A model generated the notes under the pieces. The model saw only the letters and a list, made by a program, of their open reading frames with translations. It was not told the origin of the DNA and ran no database searches. Source: Antedon mediterranea (Eukaryota > Animalia > Echinodermata). From it: DNA of 64,000 bases. Position 1 is the stretch's first letter; every line of letters begins with the position of its first letter. Location of the stretch: positions 29,794,912 through 29,858,911 of the forward strand of contig NC_092675.1 in NCBI RefSeq assembly GCF_964355755.1, given 5' to 3'. A program made the position numbers and the translations under genes. Below, piece after piece: positions 38,076 through 53,849 of the stretch.

Positions 38076-41000
38076 GCCATAAAGCCATACTCAGATTTTG
38101 AGTATGGCTTTAATAATAATGTTATAACACATTACTGATACTGCAGCAATAAGCATAACGTTTCATTAATTAAATTTCATTATTTATGTAAAATTAAATT
38201 GGTTGATGAAAGATTGTAATGTTAGTAGGTCTAGTTAAGCCCCGAGTGATCTTGATCCCTGCTAGGCAATGATGATATCAAATGAAAGCAAAATGTTACA
38301 GTAAGCCTAGTTATAAGCTTTTTTGAAAAACTTACTCAATTATTTATTTAATTATTTTGAATCTTGTAATAAAAGAATCATTTCATTACGATGATTATTT
38401 TGTTCATTATTGAATGCAGTGCAGCTTTTTCAACAAATAATATTTTGTTATAGCGCCCTCTATACCGCTCCTTTTTTTTTTTATCGACCCTATCCTTGGA
38501 TTTTATAGCAGCCGATTATCTGACTAATAATATTTCCAGTATTTTAATTTTCTTTTGTAGCGTAATTCACTAGTACAGAGATTGAGTTTATAGTTATAAC
38601 CCGCTTGAAAAAACAGACATAGTATTTTAAAAATATAAATACGTGCAGAGTAAAAATAGATCCCTTGATAATAGCATGGAGGTATACCTCCATGATAATA
38701 GGCACTCAACGCCTATTCAACATTGTTATTATTACGTAATGAGGATTGCGGAAATGCAAAAACGAATGGAGTTGATGAGTGATACGCCATGGTATTCTGT
38801 GTGTTTTTAGAGGTAATTTTGATTTTGTACTACCCTCACAACAACCCACCTCCACCCCTCTTCCATCCACCAACAATACTCATTCATTAAATAGTAGAGA
38901 ATTGTTGACATTCACCTATGACTTAGGCCTGCACATAAAATCTATGAAAGGGGCTATGGCTATACGAGTAAGTACTCTTGCTCTCCTTATTTCCCTACAG
39001 GTAGGCCTAGGAAGTAAAGAATGTTACATTTGAGCATTGGTACTGCGCGTTGATTATTTAGGAATAGTATTAATAGTATATAACTTAGGCCTATTTAAGT
39101 TTCAGTTGAAGTACATTTTCCCATTTCTTTTAACTGTATACTGTGTTATATTGCAATACATATAGTTTAAATGGAAAGGATGACCATGGACCTATGGGAT
39201 GACCATGGACCTATGGGATGACCACCAGAATAAGAGTAAAGCTCGAACAATGTTTGGTTAGGGAGTTGTAAACCTCCCTGGTTTGGTCACCTTAAGAAGG
39301 CGGTTTTTCATTCATTAATTTTTTATTATTTCGAATAGTACATCCATATACAAATCATACGAAAAAAAATGCCTACATCAGGGAGTTGTAAACTCCCTGT
39401 TGATACTAGCATATCGCACACATCGTTAATTGGTTTAAGATAGGATAGTAACTTCGAGCTCTCTCCTCTTATTTTACAACTCCCTGCCTACATAAAATAA
39501 AATTCTTAAATATCTCCCAATTAGATATATTGGTAAATGTTTTGGTTCATGGAAGTACTACAAATGTCGAATCATCTATATACCAAAGGTACGTCTATTA
39601 TTTACATAATTATATTGTTTGTAAGAAAGAAGATAAATTAATTGCTTAGTATACGGTACTCAATGTAATACATCGTACTAACTGAAAGGTCAATGAACCT
39701 ATTATGACGTTTCATTTATTATCAAACGTTTTTTAGAATTGGTCACGTGACAGTGCTGATATAACGTTATTCTAAAAAAACAGTTCTAAAATTATTGTTG
39801 TGAAAACAAAGCTTAGCATTATTACAACCAGCATCATTATAGATTTTTTTTAATTTTTATTTTATTTCTCACATAGATTGTTAAAATAATAAACATTTAA
39901 TATTTTGGAAAAAAAAACCCATGACCACAAACCATAAGATAATTAAAGTGCCCTTCGAAAATGGCTTTTTATCGATATTATAGAGCAGAATGTCTAAAAT
40001 AAAATAAAAACTGTAAATATTGACATGTGTTGCAATCAGTGGTTCATAAAGGAACCCTAACCCCATACACGTCTCCAGGGTGTTATACTTAGGCCTAGGT
40101 ATCACTGTAAAGCCATTTCTATTAGAGATTTATTAAAGAAAACATTGTTACTCTTTATTAAAAATCATTGACTTTGATTTGATATAGATGTAAGCTTTCT
40201 GATTTTAAGTAAGATTTTCGTAATTCTCCTCCACATGGCTACTTCAGTGAACTCAAGCGAAAAATTATACGATTCTGATATTATTATTATACTCCCTTTC
40301 AATATTAATCGTCGTTTTACCTAAGCAGCCCAGGGCTCGGACGCCTTCTAACAACACTGTTTCCAGGCCTTGGATGCATTCCGCTCGAGTAAACTGTAAC
40401 CCCTTTTCCAGGGCTTGAATATATTCTGCTTGGGTGAACTTTTTAACACTGTTTCTTAAATACACATTTTACTTTTGTTGTTAAAATATTATTAAATGAA
40501 TAAAATGGAAAACAAAATCTTTTACACGGGTTATTTTACGGTTGTGTTCAAAATTAAATAATGCTATTATAGTTTTCTTTAATTTGAACGCGGATTACCC
40601 GACGTTGATTGTTTATGTTTTGTATAGCCTACACATACATAAAATAAAGTCGCGTGCCCTCCTACAGGCATGTTTTACGCGTGCCATTAAAACCCCCAAA
40701 AATCTGAAAAAAAGAAGGTAATCTATAATACTGTATCATGATTCAAAGAGGCCGTTCACGCCGAAAACGAACAAATCCAGACTACAAATTTATGGATTTG
40801 GGACAAAAATAAAAAACAGACCCATGAGGCCTACAGTAATTACCGTAACATTTAAAACAAACATACTAATAACAAATTATAGATATTATTAGTGAATTAT
40901 TATACATTACAAATGTATGACATAAAAAGGATATGAAATGATAAGAATAATAAGAATATTTAAAACTAAATAAGAAAAATCGTCGATCGAACATTAAAGC

Positions 41001-42589
41001 GCGAGCTTTACGATATCTTGAAACAGAAGGACTTAAAAGAAATAATCCGTCACCTTATTACTGATTTTATTTTGTCAGTATCTTCCAGAGTTCCGTGATA
41101 CAGCGTCCCACAAGTAAACATATTATCATAGCACTAATGTTTATAGGTTAATTTGAGACAAAATATATGTGACACTGTATTTAAAAATGATACTGTACAC
41201 ACAATGTGGAAATTGCATCGATACGGTAAAGTGTAGAAATCGGACATATCTATTGAACCACGCCTTTTACACGTCTTACCTAAATAATCATTGTAACATA
41301 ACGTAACATAATTGATATAGATCTCAGCTTCTTAAAAAATATGAATGTTTTTTAGACAGTAATTCATATTCTAACGATATAAACTAACTATATTATCGTA
41401 CTATAGGCCTAATAGTAGTTTACTAATATAATTTCTAGGCATTAATTTTGCTTTTGTTGTTTTTAATGTTTACTTTTTTGTAACGTAAATAATTTTATTA
41501 TTGGTTAATACAGTTTCTGTATATGTCTATTAAGTACTTAGCACAGATAAGTAATCGTTTACTCTATAAAGCCCCAGGAAAGACATAATAATATGATAAC
41601 ACAGTATAGTAACATTGGCTATAAACACTACAAATTGCAGCTGTGGTATTGGGTTGCTAGTGCTGAATTAGTCCACAAACATTAGTATTAGATTCCATTG
41701 TTTCCACTAATCTTCTCATCGCTCAACTTAAACTTACTTCCCAACGGCTAGGCCGGGAGGGGAGGCCGTCATTGGTGGGAACTACACTCAACACATACTC
41801 GGTAAAATTCGCCTCCGTCGATTCTTCTCCGTGAGTAGGTATTATAACGAGTTAGGCCTGGGAAAGCATAGTAACAAGAAACCTTAGCCATCACTTTTAG
41901 CGAAGGTTTAGCACCTATTCTAATGAATTACTTCCTCACGAACGAGTCACAATCAAACTGATCAGCTAGATGGCACATCTTAATATTACTGATGCGGATT
42001 AACTTATTGTTACGAACTGATCAAAGATTTCATTTCATTTCCCACCGTTATTACTATAAACCTAACAATGATGACAATATTAAATCTTCGTTTAATTCAG
42101 TGATGTATTCAAGAAGTTAATATTTGAGTCTTTAAGCTCTCACGGTAATCTCGTATGATCTAATGAATGTATTGTGTTTGCTATCATTTGATATTTTAAA
42201 AGAGTAGTGGGAAAATCAGTCAAATAAAAACAATGAATTGTGGGTTCTCCTTTCTATAATTTATCGATATTGACATATATTTCCTTCATTCATAAACAAA
42301 AATAAATACATTTCTTGCAATATAGGCTACAAGGAGGAACATATTTCAACAACATATATATATATTAATATTTATTTTATTTCAATTCATACAAAGTATA
42401 AAGATAAAGTTACAGTAGCCGATTCACGGTATGTATATAGAAGCTAAAAAATAAAAACAAATTCTATCTGAATAAAAAATAAAAATATCATTACTCAAAT
42501 GAAGTCACTGCATTTATAGATTTATATCTATCGGATTGCCGTTAATTGGGAAAAGGATGATTTTATTACACCTTTGAGATTTCGGATCA

Positions 42590-42985
42590 CTGAGAAAAGA
42601 AAGGGAAAAGAAAGAAAAGGAAAATGGAGAACGTGAGAAAGAAGAAAGGGAGAAAGAGAGAAAGAGGAAAGAAAATAAGAGAAAGAGAGAAAGGGAGAAA
42701 GAAGAAAGGAAAAGAGAGAAAGGGACAAAGAGGAAAGAGAGAACGTGAGAAAGAAGAAAGGGAGAAAGAGAGAAAGAGAGAAAGAGGAAAGAAAATAAGA
42801 GAATGAGAGAAAGGGAGAAAGAAGAAAGGAAAAGAGAGAAAGGGACAAAGAGGAAAGAGAGAACGTGAGAAAGAAGAAAGGGAGAAAGAGAGAAAGAGAG
42901 AAAGAGGCAAGAAAATAAGAGAAAGAGAGAAAGGGAGAAAGAAGAAAGGAAAAGAGAGAAAGGGACAAAGAGGAAAGTGAAAGAC
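42590..42985. repeat. Polypurine tandem repeat, 120-bp unit, about 3 copies
   Basis: Almost pure A/G strand with 120-bp periodicity (42721 = 42841 = 42961). Confidence 0.9.
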
Positions 42986-45099
42986 ATGTTTGTCATTCAA
43001 CATTCATTCCAATTGTATTTGATTCCTAAGTCAAATTGTGTCATTTATACTTATAGTTATTATGCATAACTGCACCAATAAAAATTTTTGCTAATGAATA
43101 AAACATTGAAGTATTCTTTTAATGCTAACGAATAAAACATTGAAGTATTCTTTCTGCCATTTTATTTTTTCCCATTTCTTTGCCCGTATCAAATTTTATT
43201 CAAAATCGAGTTATTTAAAAGAAATCCATAAAGATTTACAATTGATTTTTTTTTCTCAATTCGGATACATGCACGCTTTATTTATAAATTATGAAGGCAT
43301 GAGAGGTCTTAATGTCAGTCAGTTCTTGCTCCCCTGACACGCCTCATAAACAGGCTGAGATTCTATACATATAATATATTGATATTGATTAAAAAGATAA
43401 CTACGATTATCAAATGAGATGTCCAGGCAGATGGATCAGACTATAATCTCAAAATTGTCATGAGAAGAACCGCTTTCACATTTCAATTGGCGGCACAGAT
43501 ATCTGATATGAATACAATTCTCGTCTGGACGTGGCGACAAATGCTATTCTCATAAAATAAATATAATAATGATACATGTGACCGTATGCAGCTATTATTC
43601 TCAGCATTTCATCAGATTTCTAATTGATGAACTTTCATTTGGTTCGACCACTTCAATGTATTTTCTATTTTTTCAAGTGAAACTTGAGAATTATTCGATA
43701 AAGGAAAATGATTGTCCTCGCACACTTCATAATACAATGGTTATGATAGGTTGTATGGGAAGCACGTGACCAGATTGACTACCGGTACTGTAGATTTAAA
43801 AAATTCAGATTTACTCACGGGTGTTGAATGGCTTCTTATCGACCACAGTAGTCGGATAAAACTCTTGATTTGTTTGGTAGAGGGTATATAGTGTCATTTT
43901 GATGATTTTTATTCACAATAAAAATCAAAATCGATCAATAATTCGCGCGGAATTTGAATAGTTGAAACGCACTGAAGCGTGTAATTGACACATGGCATAC
44001 TAATAATAATTCTAGCATAAAGCCTAATATAGATACAAATAATAATAGCACCTGTTTTACCAATAACTATTGTCTATTTTACTAAAAAAATATTTTAATT
44101 ACTAAATTGTATCTATTTTTTAACAATAACAGTAGTATTCCATTACAATCTATTGATTGTTTGATACTATTACTAAACACAGTTTCCTTGTACTGTGCGC
44201 ATTTAAATTCATTTTTGAATAATGAAATAATAAAAGGGTACGTATGCTAATTCATTTATGTGGCTTTTATATTTGCATATATCAGTAGAAAGCCAAGTTC
44301 CGGTTGACTGGTCAGATAAAATATCATTTAAAATACAATGGATGTAGCGTTTTAGAATAGGGCCGGCTAGTTCACTCTAACACATTCCGGATTTTGTAGT
44401 ATTGAAACAGTGTAAACGTAGCTTTAATCGAGATAAGCAGGATTCCCACTAGGCTATTTTACTAAAAAAAAACACATTTAATTGATCTAAAAAGATATTC
44501 TTTTATATCATCATTATTACTCAGTGACGTTTAACCAGTAATTTGTACACACTTGTACAGACTTCTTTGTTTTGTGTCACCTTCCTTGTCTTTGTGACGT
44601 GTCGTTAGTTCTCGTTCATACTATCAATCTCAATATCTTCTGTACAAACTGCGTTTGTTTGCCAACAAGACACTCAACGCCACTAAAGTACCTAATCAAT
44701 ATTAACTGGTAAATAATAAAGGTTTGGTGGTAAGGATCATAAAATAAATCACTTTTTAGGAAATGAAAAAAAAATCTTTAAAGCTGAATTCACACTGAGT
44801 CTGGCGGCCTGTTGTACAAATAAGTGTTGTAAGATTAGGAGCCGTTCACACACGCATTTGGATTCAAATCATGCAAAATATGTATGTGCGTGAAAACATA
44901 ACGAATCCAGGCTGAGTGTAAACGTAGCTTCAAGAAGATGAGTGGCAACGCGTGGTAAGCGGAAACCGCCTAGCTTTTCCTACGTAAAATCTGCATCTGT
45001 CCTGAGCGGATAATTTTGATTCAAATTCAACAAACATTTATTTCATCAAATTCCATACAAATAATACAGAGCAGACGACCAACCTAAAAGTAAACTTGT

Positions 45100-45230
45100 C
45101 GACAAAATGCAATGTGCCCATATATATGAACATAATGATGTCATATCACTACCATATGTGGGCATATCGCTACCATATTTGGGCACATCACATTTTTTTG
45201 TCAAACTAGTTTGATAGTGTAGACCGAGCT
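45100..45230. mobile_element. MITE family A, partial copy
   Basis: Shared core and right TIR TTTGATAGTGTAGACCGAGCT. Confidence 0.75.
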
Positions 45231-48200
45231 TCCTTATCACATTGCGGACATGTGAATGTATTTTCTTCATTCACCGAATGCTATATTACTTTGTTTTAAA
45301 AACTAATTCGTACAGAGAATAATAAAACATTTATACATCTTGTTTTATGTTGCGCACTTTGTATGGAGGCACACACACACACAATGCGGTATAAAGACTG
45401 CTACTGCAATCTACACTGCTACTGCAATCTACACGTAACATGACAGCGCTGAAAACAAAGCATAGTTACATTAACGTTCCATTTTGTAATGTTATTTTAT
45501 GAATTATCTAAAAAATTATTATTAGGCCTATTTAATATATAAACTTAAAACCAATTAAATTAAGATATAAACTATAACACTTTGTATTACGTTTTTATCA
45601 TAGAAGGCTGCAGGCTTAGTTGCCGAAGTTATATTGGCTGCAAAGCAATGTTGATAAGTTAGACCCGACATAGATTCCTAATTTTGATGTGAAACAATGT
45701 TTTATATTTTTTCCCTAAATTAGTGTTAGATATAAATAAATTTCAAGATAATAGAGCACGTATTTAAACAAATTTGGAAGTGTTCAATTCAGAATTGAGT
45801 ACTTTTGAGTAGTATACGTTAGTGGCATGCGTTTGCTGAGTCGGAAGTGATTTTAACACACGACGACGACAGGAGGCGCGTCATGTTACTACTGCCCAGA
45901 CACAGCGTATTTTTCGTCTCACGGGAGACTCGAGGCTAAAAAATGCTTATTCGTCACCGGTCATTTTATCAATGACCAGTCGGAAAATACCCATTAAATT
46001 TTATATCTTCTTACTCTCTATTAATTTTTGCAGATTTTAAGCCCAACTTTTATGCGACGATTATTCCGTTTTATTTGCCAATTACGCCTCTGAAATATGA
46101 TTAAATTAAATTTCAGTATATTCGGCAATATAATTGAGTACTGCTGAGATACTGTTTGTAATTTTACTTGGAAACAAAAATAAACAACACAAAAAGAAAG
46201 TTTTACAAATGATAACATATTTAATATTGTTGTATTAATTAAGTTAATTGTTTTAATTGTTGTTTTCACGTGACCTTAATTTTGTCTACAAATTATATAC
46301 GTTGATAATATCCAGAGACAGGTGGGATGATAGTCTTACACTTAACGTATAACTATCGACCGACGCATCTATTATATAATTATAAATAAATTATTGTCAT
46401 TTATATTAGATTTATAACAATTATTACAATTTTCTATTAGCCATAATTTAAGCCATATAATGATAATAATATCCTATCTGCAGTTCTCTGACCTTTCTGT
46501 AAAGGTTAGTCGAGTTTGATATCACGTCTATACAAAACTAATTACAAATGTACATGGAACATCAAATTAATGGAACACGGTGCAGCATCAATATGAACGT
46601 CAGTACATAGTTTTCATTTGATTCCCCAGAGCTTAGTGGCTTTTGTCCGTCAGCAAACTGAATACTGTGCAGCCAAGATGTAACCTCCTGATCGACCTAG
46701 TCTCCTTTCTATTCAGAAACATTAAATAAAATGACAACTGTGTCTAAAGTAGCAAAATAACATCTTACTTGTCATCTACAACAGGTGGACATGCTGGCTT
46801 TGTTTTCAAGCAACGTTTTAACATCAATCTATTGCTAATTAAATATGTTATAACTTTTTTTATGTATAACGTTTGATCAGGGTAATGGTGACGCGACAAT
46901 TCCGAAGTCTTTGTTGTATATTTCTTACATTGTATTTTTGTCGAATCTTTGACATTCATTTGGTTTCAGACTGTCATATGTGTATTATTTGAGATAAACT
47001 GTTATGAAGAACACAGGCGTGTTGTATATAAGTTTGATTGCAACTCCCACAATGTTTTACCAATTAAAAGCTCGTTTATGGCACGCAAATTGGTATAAAT
47101 CAATTCACAACGCAAACATACACAAACGATCTTCGACATATTTGCGTTCTATGTTTACGCTGTAATTTCCAAGTCAATTTCTTGACATATGGGCAAGTGA
47201 GACTGAACTGGGGTACGTATATGGTGCTCATTCGGTGACATATGTTTAATAGAGAAAGTGTCACTCTCGTATCATCGGTCTGTTTTATCGATGAAGAAAG
47301 TGAAATCGAAGATCAGCTTCATGTGGTTAATAGCCTTAAACACAATGTGCACAGCACGTCTGAACTGGGGCTACCTCCAATCGGACTCTGTCCGTTTTCT
47401 TATTGTTTTTACATCAAATCTGTACAAACAATAACAGGAACGTATGCAAAAAAACTTGCAGATGCCAAGAAAATCACAAAAAGCAAATAGCCGACGCCGG
47501 AAAGGCTTGGGGAACGCACGGCGCTCAAATCTGGACTAGAAAAGTAGACGGCCGGGTGCAGGGAACACAACAAATATATGCACATCGTCATTGGCACGTG
47601 TTCGACTGCGAAAATGAAGTGAACAGCTTCAGAACCTATCAATGAACAGACATTATGAATGGTAAACAAGCGAACGTTCTTGGTATAAGTACATGGACGA
47701 AATTATCATCGCAAACCAATCTCTCCAATCGACACGCGTCTTGAAAACAATAACCAACAATATCAGAGTGACAGGTGAAACTTGAGGACGTACACCAGCC
47801 AACAAATGAATGATTAATGCTTTCAAAGTATGCTTAATTAGCTATAGAAGTGCTTAGTATTGCCGTTGCGGCTGCGTCCTGGTAGCCTACAGGTGGAAGC
47901 AAAGTGGATAGAAATCGGCAGGTTGCTCGAAAATTAGCCGCAACTTGGCAAACACAATTGTGTTTTATATTTTAATGGTTTAGATTAGTAGATAAGTACA
48001 ATTCTCAAACGAAATACCAGTTAAATCAGTAGAAAAACACAAAAAACAAAGTTAGAAAAAGTTTTTGAAAGCACGCGGCAGCAAACTTTATTGACGCATG
48101 CGCATCGTTAATTAATTGAACGTCAATGGACATCGTGTGTAAGCATCGTGTCTAAAAATAGATTACTTAGTTAACCCCAGCTGCCAACAATTTGATATTA

Positions 48201-51200
48201 GTTTTACATGTTATTAATAAAATTTGATATCAATAATTTTTAATGTACACATGTCTTTACTTAATATCGATATTTGAATATATAAACGTCGAATCTTCGT
48301 CAAATCATATACCTATATTATGTTTTATAAGATTAAAAATGATAATAATGATAAAAGTTGTTCATACTTGGCAAAACAAGACTACTTATAACTTGTAAAG
48401 AACGACATGTGTTTGTATTGGCAAAACTAATTACATTGTATGTATTTGATTTGTTTTTAGAACTTTAGAATTAACTCTACCCTTGAAAATAGTATTAAAA
48501 CAAACAAAACGTATACATCTAAAAAAAATACTGATCCCCCTTTTGAAACCATAGAAATGTACGTTAAACGAGTGACGATCCTGTGAGTTCGCCCGCTGGA
48601 AACCAAGGTCTATAAAAACCACAATTCAATCAATAGATTCACATCAGGCCTATCTACTACTGTTAACTATGTTCTCCATTTATAGATGTAGGCCTATATA
48701 TATATATATATATAGAATTTTATGTAACATTTGATATAATATTCGTGCCACGTATTCTAGTTGTAAGACAAGTTATAACATAAAGAAACCATGAACGGTG
48801 TTTCAAGGATACAATGCGGCTTCATTGGGCCACTAACGTCACGTGATACTAGTCGTCACGTGATGCTGGTTAGATACCAACTTTCACCCAATCTGCCTTT
48901 ATACTCTAAAATTCGTCTTTACCAGTTGAGTTAACAAAGTATTTTCTCTGGATTAAGACTAACTTTTTTTTGTAAATTGCAAGCTTACCATATATTAGGA
49001 CGTGTCTCGGGGCAAGGTCGGTTGTGTTAGGCGAGTCATTCTTGTTTATGCACTTACAGGACTGACGGAAGAAAGGATTTCTGATTTGTAAGAAAACAAA
49101 ATGGTTGTCACTTTTAACTTGTTAAATAATTAAGTAAATGGTTATTGTTCTTTAGCGAACAGAACACTTGAATCGTCGATACATTTAGAATTTCACAAAA
49201 ACTTGAGTAAAACGGTAGACCTACAGATAAAAAAGATCATTAGCAATAAAACGGTATTATACATTTAGTATTAGCTTAGACGGTCTATACAGTAGGAAAT
49301 GTGTGTCCGATAATAGTATAAAAATAGAAATAAGTTTTATTGAAATTTGGCGACAAAATAACCGGTTAAAATGTGAAATTAGCGAGATTCCATGACTATC
49401 ACAGGTCTAATTGTAAATCACACATAATGTGTGCGATATTTTATCTAATTATATATAATATAATTGATGAATACATGGTAGACTGCACTGCCATTACCAC
49501 CTACATACCGCATACATTCTGTATACCGTTAGTAATTATATGCGCTTTTAATAAAATCAAATAGGCTATCTTTATAAATAATAATGATAATTTAACAAAT
49601 CCGAAATTATCATTTGTTTGACCATCACTTAGTTATCAATCATCATCAGTTACTTTAATTTGTTCAGTTATTATTGTGCGAAATGTTTACTGTCGCTAGA
49701 CATGATACAGTATAATCCTTTTTATCAATAAATTATTCAACAATTAAAAAAAAAACATTTTTCATCATAACTGTTCACTCGCATATTTAATCTAGTTTAA
49801 GGACATTTTATTATTTGTCTTCGTATTTTAATGTTTATTGTGCAACCAATTTAATCACTTTACTGTTTTTGTAATATGTATTATTTATAGATATCTATAC
49901 ACATTGTTGTTACATGTAACCATGGAAAAATATGTTAGCTATCCTAACTTATTTCTCCATGATGTAACTGAAATACGATATTAATTTCTGACTGTTTAAT
50001 TAGATTTTAGTTGCTTAATTGTTTTTTTTGTTTCGCTTAAAAACAGTCCAAATCTTTAAACTTTATAATACGCATACGTAGAATAATAACTATATTTTAA
50101 TTACAATTAACATGGTAATTGATAGTTTTAGTATTTGTTGCTATTTGTTTTTATTGCAAAATGCAAGAAAATCTGGAGTTTCTTTCTCTTTCTTTCACCA
50201 TTAAAAAAATCTATCTTACAAATTCTGATTACTTACCATTTTTCTCAAGTATAAGGTAATGTATTTACTGCCTGTGCCAAATATCTGCTTTAAAAAAACA
50301 CACAAAAAGAACCGAATCACTAAAATGTCTCTATGATCTTGATGTATAGTCGTATTGAATGTCCATTTGTGATGACAATCAATTGTATATAACTTGAATA
50401 TAATCCTTTGTGTTTACGTTATGATGTTACAGAATCATCGGCTGGTTGGCGACATTAATTTAACTGTAAATGACATAACCCTTGTGCAACACCAGTACAA
50501 AATACGTTTTGATTGACTAAAAAGATATGCACGTGGTGGACTTAGATTCTTTGATTTCCAATTCGGGGTTTACATTCGTTATTATAAAAGTAGGTCTATA
50601 CTTCTTCTTTCCGCTCCATTTCTTTATGCTTAGTGGCCGAGAATGGAGAATCTTATGTTAAAGCCATGCTAATCTAGGCCCGTTGTTTAGCAGATGAATC
50701 GCGTTCCACTTGTTCCACGAGTATGAAACACGTGTAGTAGACAATCAACGGATAAGTGTGGCATTGCTTAGGGTACGTTTCTGCCCATCGTGGTCATCGT
50801 CTTCTCCTCTTAACTGTCGTCTAGTGTGAACCCGCCCTTCTTATCTTGTTGTTACTGATCCAAGAGGATTTCATCTCCCTGATCAGATGCACCATTAGTG
50901 CCTAAACGAAAGGAAGAAAAATAAAATAATAAAAAATAGAAATTCCTTTTTTTAATGATTATATATAATTGTAGAAATTCCGTTAAAATAATAATTTGTT
51001 TTAAATGATTATATATTGTAAAATGTTTAAAAAAGTGGGACGAATTTTTAATAAATGTTAGTAATTTAATGATGATGAAAATGTTCATGATGATGAAAAA
51101 TGTTCTTCTCAGTAATAGGGTCTACGAATGTGAGATATCGCGTAACAAAGAGTTTGAAGTGACGGCAGACTTACTTAGTTATTATACTTTTTTAACGTTC

Positions 51201-51265
51201 TGATGTTGTATATTGTTTGTAATGTGTGAAACGCAATTTAACATTATTATTTGTCCTCTTTATAA

Positions 51266-51424
51266 AGCTCTGTCTACACTATCAAACTTTATGTGAAAAA
51301 AAAGCGATGTGCCCATATATGGACATGATGACATCATATCACTTCCATATTTGGAAATATCACTACCATATTTGGGCACATCACACTTTTTTTGTTAAAC
51401 TAGTTTAATAGTGTAGACAGCGCT
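51266..51424. mobile_element. MITE family A, full copy
   Basis: Both TIRs, with TAA/TTA flanks. Confidence 0.85.
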
Positions 51425-53849
51425 TTAGGCGAACCAGTATTAAACTTGAACTTAAATGGGTAACAACACATAACATAGTGAGGTGTAATAACTGAGAACG
51501 TAAAGAAACAATGGATTGCTACTCATTCCAGTTTGTCAGTCAACAATCAGTCATTTTAGCTGACCATGTTTCAATAATAAAATAAAAAGTAACGTCCACT
51601 ACAAAGGGTGATTTACACCGAAACTAAAGAGGCCTAAATACTTGTTGATTGACAAGCTGGTTATTCGTAAATCGCTCTTTTTAAATAATTTCACAAAATT
51701 TAGGCGTCATGAACTTTCAACAACGTCACTAGAAAATTATTTGTTCTACAAATGTGTTGGTGTTTTTGGATATCAAAACCTATACACTGTTTAGTTTTTT
51801 TTAATGATTTGAACATTTCCTTAATTTAATAATTATATTGTTATGTATAGTGCATATGTATTCTCTTTTTAATTGAATTACATATTTGTTTTAACATTTT
51901 TTTAAACATACTACTAAAATCCATAAAATTGTCTAATTGATTAATCAATTTGGAAATAGAGTATGAAATAGTGTATCATAATAGGTTTATTTTTATCGTG
52001 CCTGTACAACACAGTTTTAATAAAAATTATCTAAATAGAATAACGTCATGAACATCATAATGAATTAAATATAAAAAATATAAATAAATAAAATATTAAT
52101 AATAAATAAATATAAAAATATTCTAATAAAATATATGATCACATTACAGATCGTGTTTTGCAAATTGACAACGAGTAACAACTTAAACTTAGAATCAACA
52201 AAGTGAGACTTAAAGTCGATTATTTTACTAATTTACTTTGTTGTAGAACATTGTAGTAAAGCTAAGCCAACGTGATTATGGGCTTAGAATGCTACTACTG
52301 GTGGTAGTAACTAAGTCTACATGATTACAAGGGTTTTCCTCGACTGGTTTTGTATTCTTTAAGTGATCGATATATTTAGATTGATTTGCTTTCTTTACCT
52401 TAATTAGCACGCGACCAATTAGTAAGTGTAATCCTATAAAGGTAGGATAAATAGGACACTATACAACAGTGTAAACACTGCTACGTCACAAGGAATGGTC
52501 ACCTGACAAGGTAAATAATATACATAAAAAGACAGTTAGCTACCACACCAAGAACCAATAAAACAAAGTGTATCCTTGTTGTATCCGTATGAATTCGGTT
52601 TATTGTTAGAATGCTCTCCTCCTAATAACCCTAACCCTTAAAGCATTGGCTTAATGCGTCCTCCTCACACAATTATATTTATTAATTTATGTTCTGTATT
52701 ATATTGTATATTGTATTGTGTAAAACAATAAACTTGCAACTTAATACGAATACATTATTTACATCCGGGTATGTAAAATGAAAATATATATTATTATATC
52801 TCTGTGTTATTTATTAATTTTTATTTGAACCATATTTAATGAGCGTGATCCATCCAGCAATTGCTGATCATTTGGGACCCTCAGAACAGATACAATACAC
52901 AAAATACAACAATAACAGAAAAGTAGGCCTAACGAAAAACAAAAGCCTATAAATTAAATAAATTACATGATAATTAAAAATCTAAATAAGACTAAATTTG
53001 AAATATAACTGATAGATTAAATTAGGCAAAAATAAATAATATGTTATTTCTTTGTTTTCTATTAAAAGAAAAGTATCTTACTTAGACAACTTTGAATATA
53101 GACCTAATAACTATTTAAAACAAGGCCTAAATACTACAATGATACATTTTATAATTCATAAGAGTTGAATATTTTATATTTGATATTGTAATTTGTACTT
53201 TTTAATGTAAGATGATGTAATGAGGGATAAATATAGATGATTGATTGTCAAATGCTGAACTAATGCGTAATCTCGTATTTGTAATCATTCAGATTCAGAT
53301 TCGATTTATTAAGTCATTCATGCATAGTATAATGATAATTGATTTTCAACGATGAAGAAAAAATTTAAGGTCTATCAATAATGTTTGTGTATTGTATAAA
53401 TAGATGCCAGAGAAACAAAATTGTATAGAATTCTATAGAATGTTATAGAAACAGCATCTTTTGTGTTTCTTTATCTGAAAGGAATTACATGAATATAATT
53501 TGTAGTACTACTAATTATTTCTATTTTTTAAAAGATGGTCTATAGATTAATAGCAAGTGGTTTGTAAACAAGTGCAATCGAATATGAAGTTACCGATATC
53601 AGACAAAAAGTAAAATCCTAACAAAAGAACAAAGTTAGAAATAATTTGTGACATATGTGTAATGGAGTTTCTCCTATTCCCACCCTGAACAGAAATTGGA
53701 AAAACAAAACAAACATTTTTGTTATGTACGCAGTTTACGTACTGCAAGCTTAACTCACAGCATATATTTTACCTTATCTAACCGATTGACCTGTTGGACG
53801 CGTTAAAATATGACATATGTGTTAATTGAAAACATAAATTAAAAATCAA

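Noticed and set aside
42514-43003. Hydrophobic F/L/S-rich and K/R/E-rich ORFs
   Set aside because: Artefacts of the polypurine tandem repeat.
47242-47669. Three overlapping 80-86 aa ORFs in a GC-richer patch
   Set aside because: No recognisable motif; the patch is better explained as enhancer-like non-coding DNA upstream of neurogenin.
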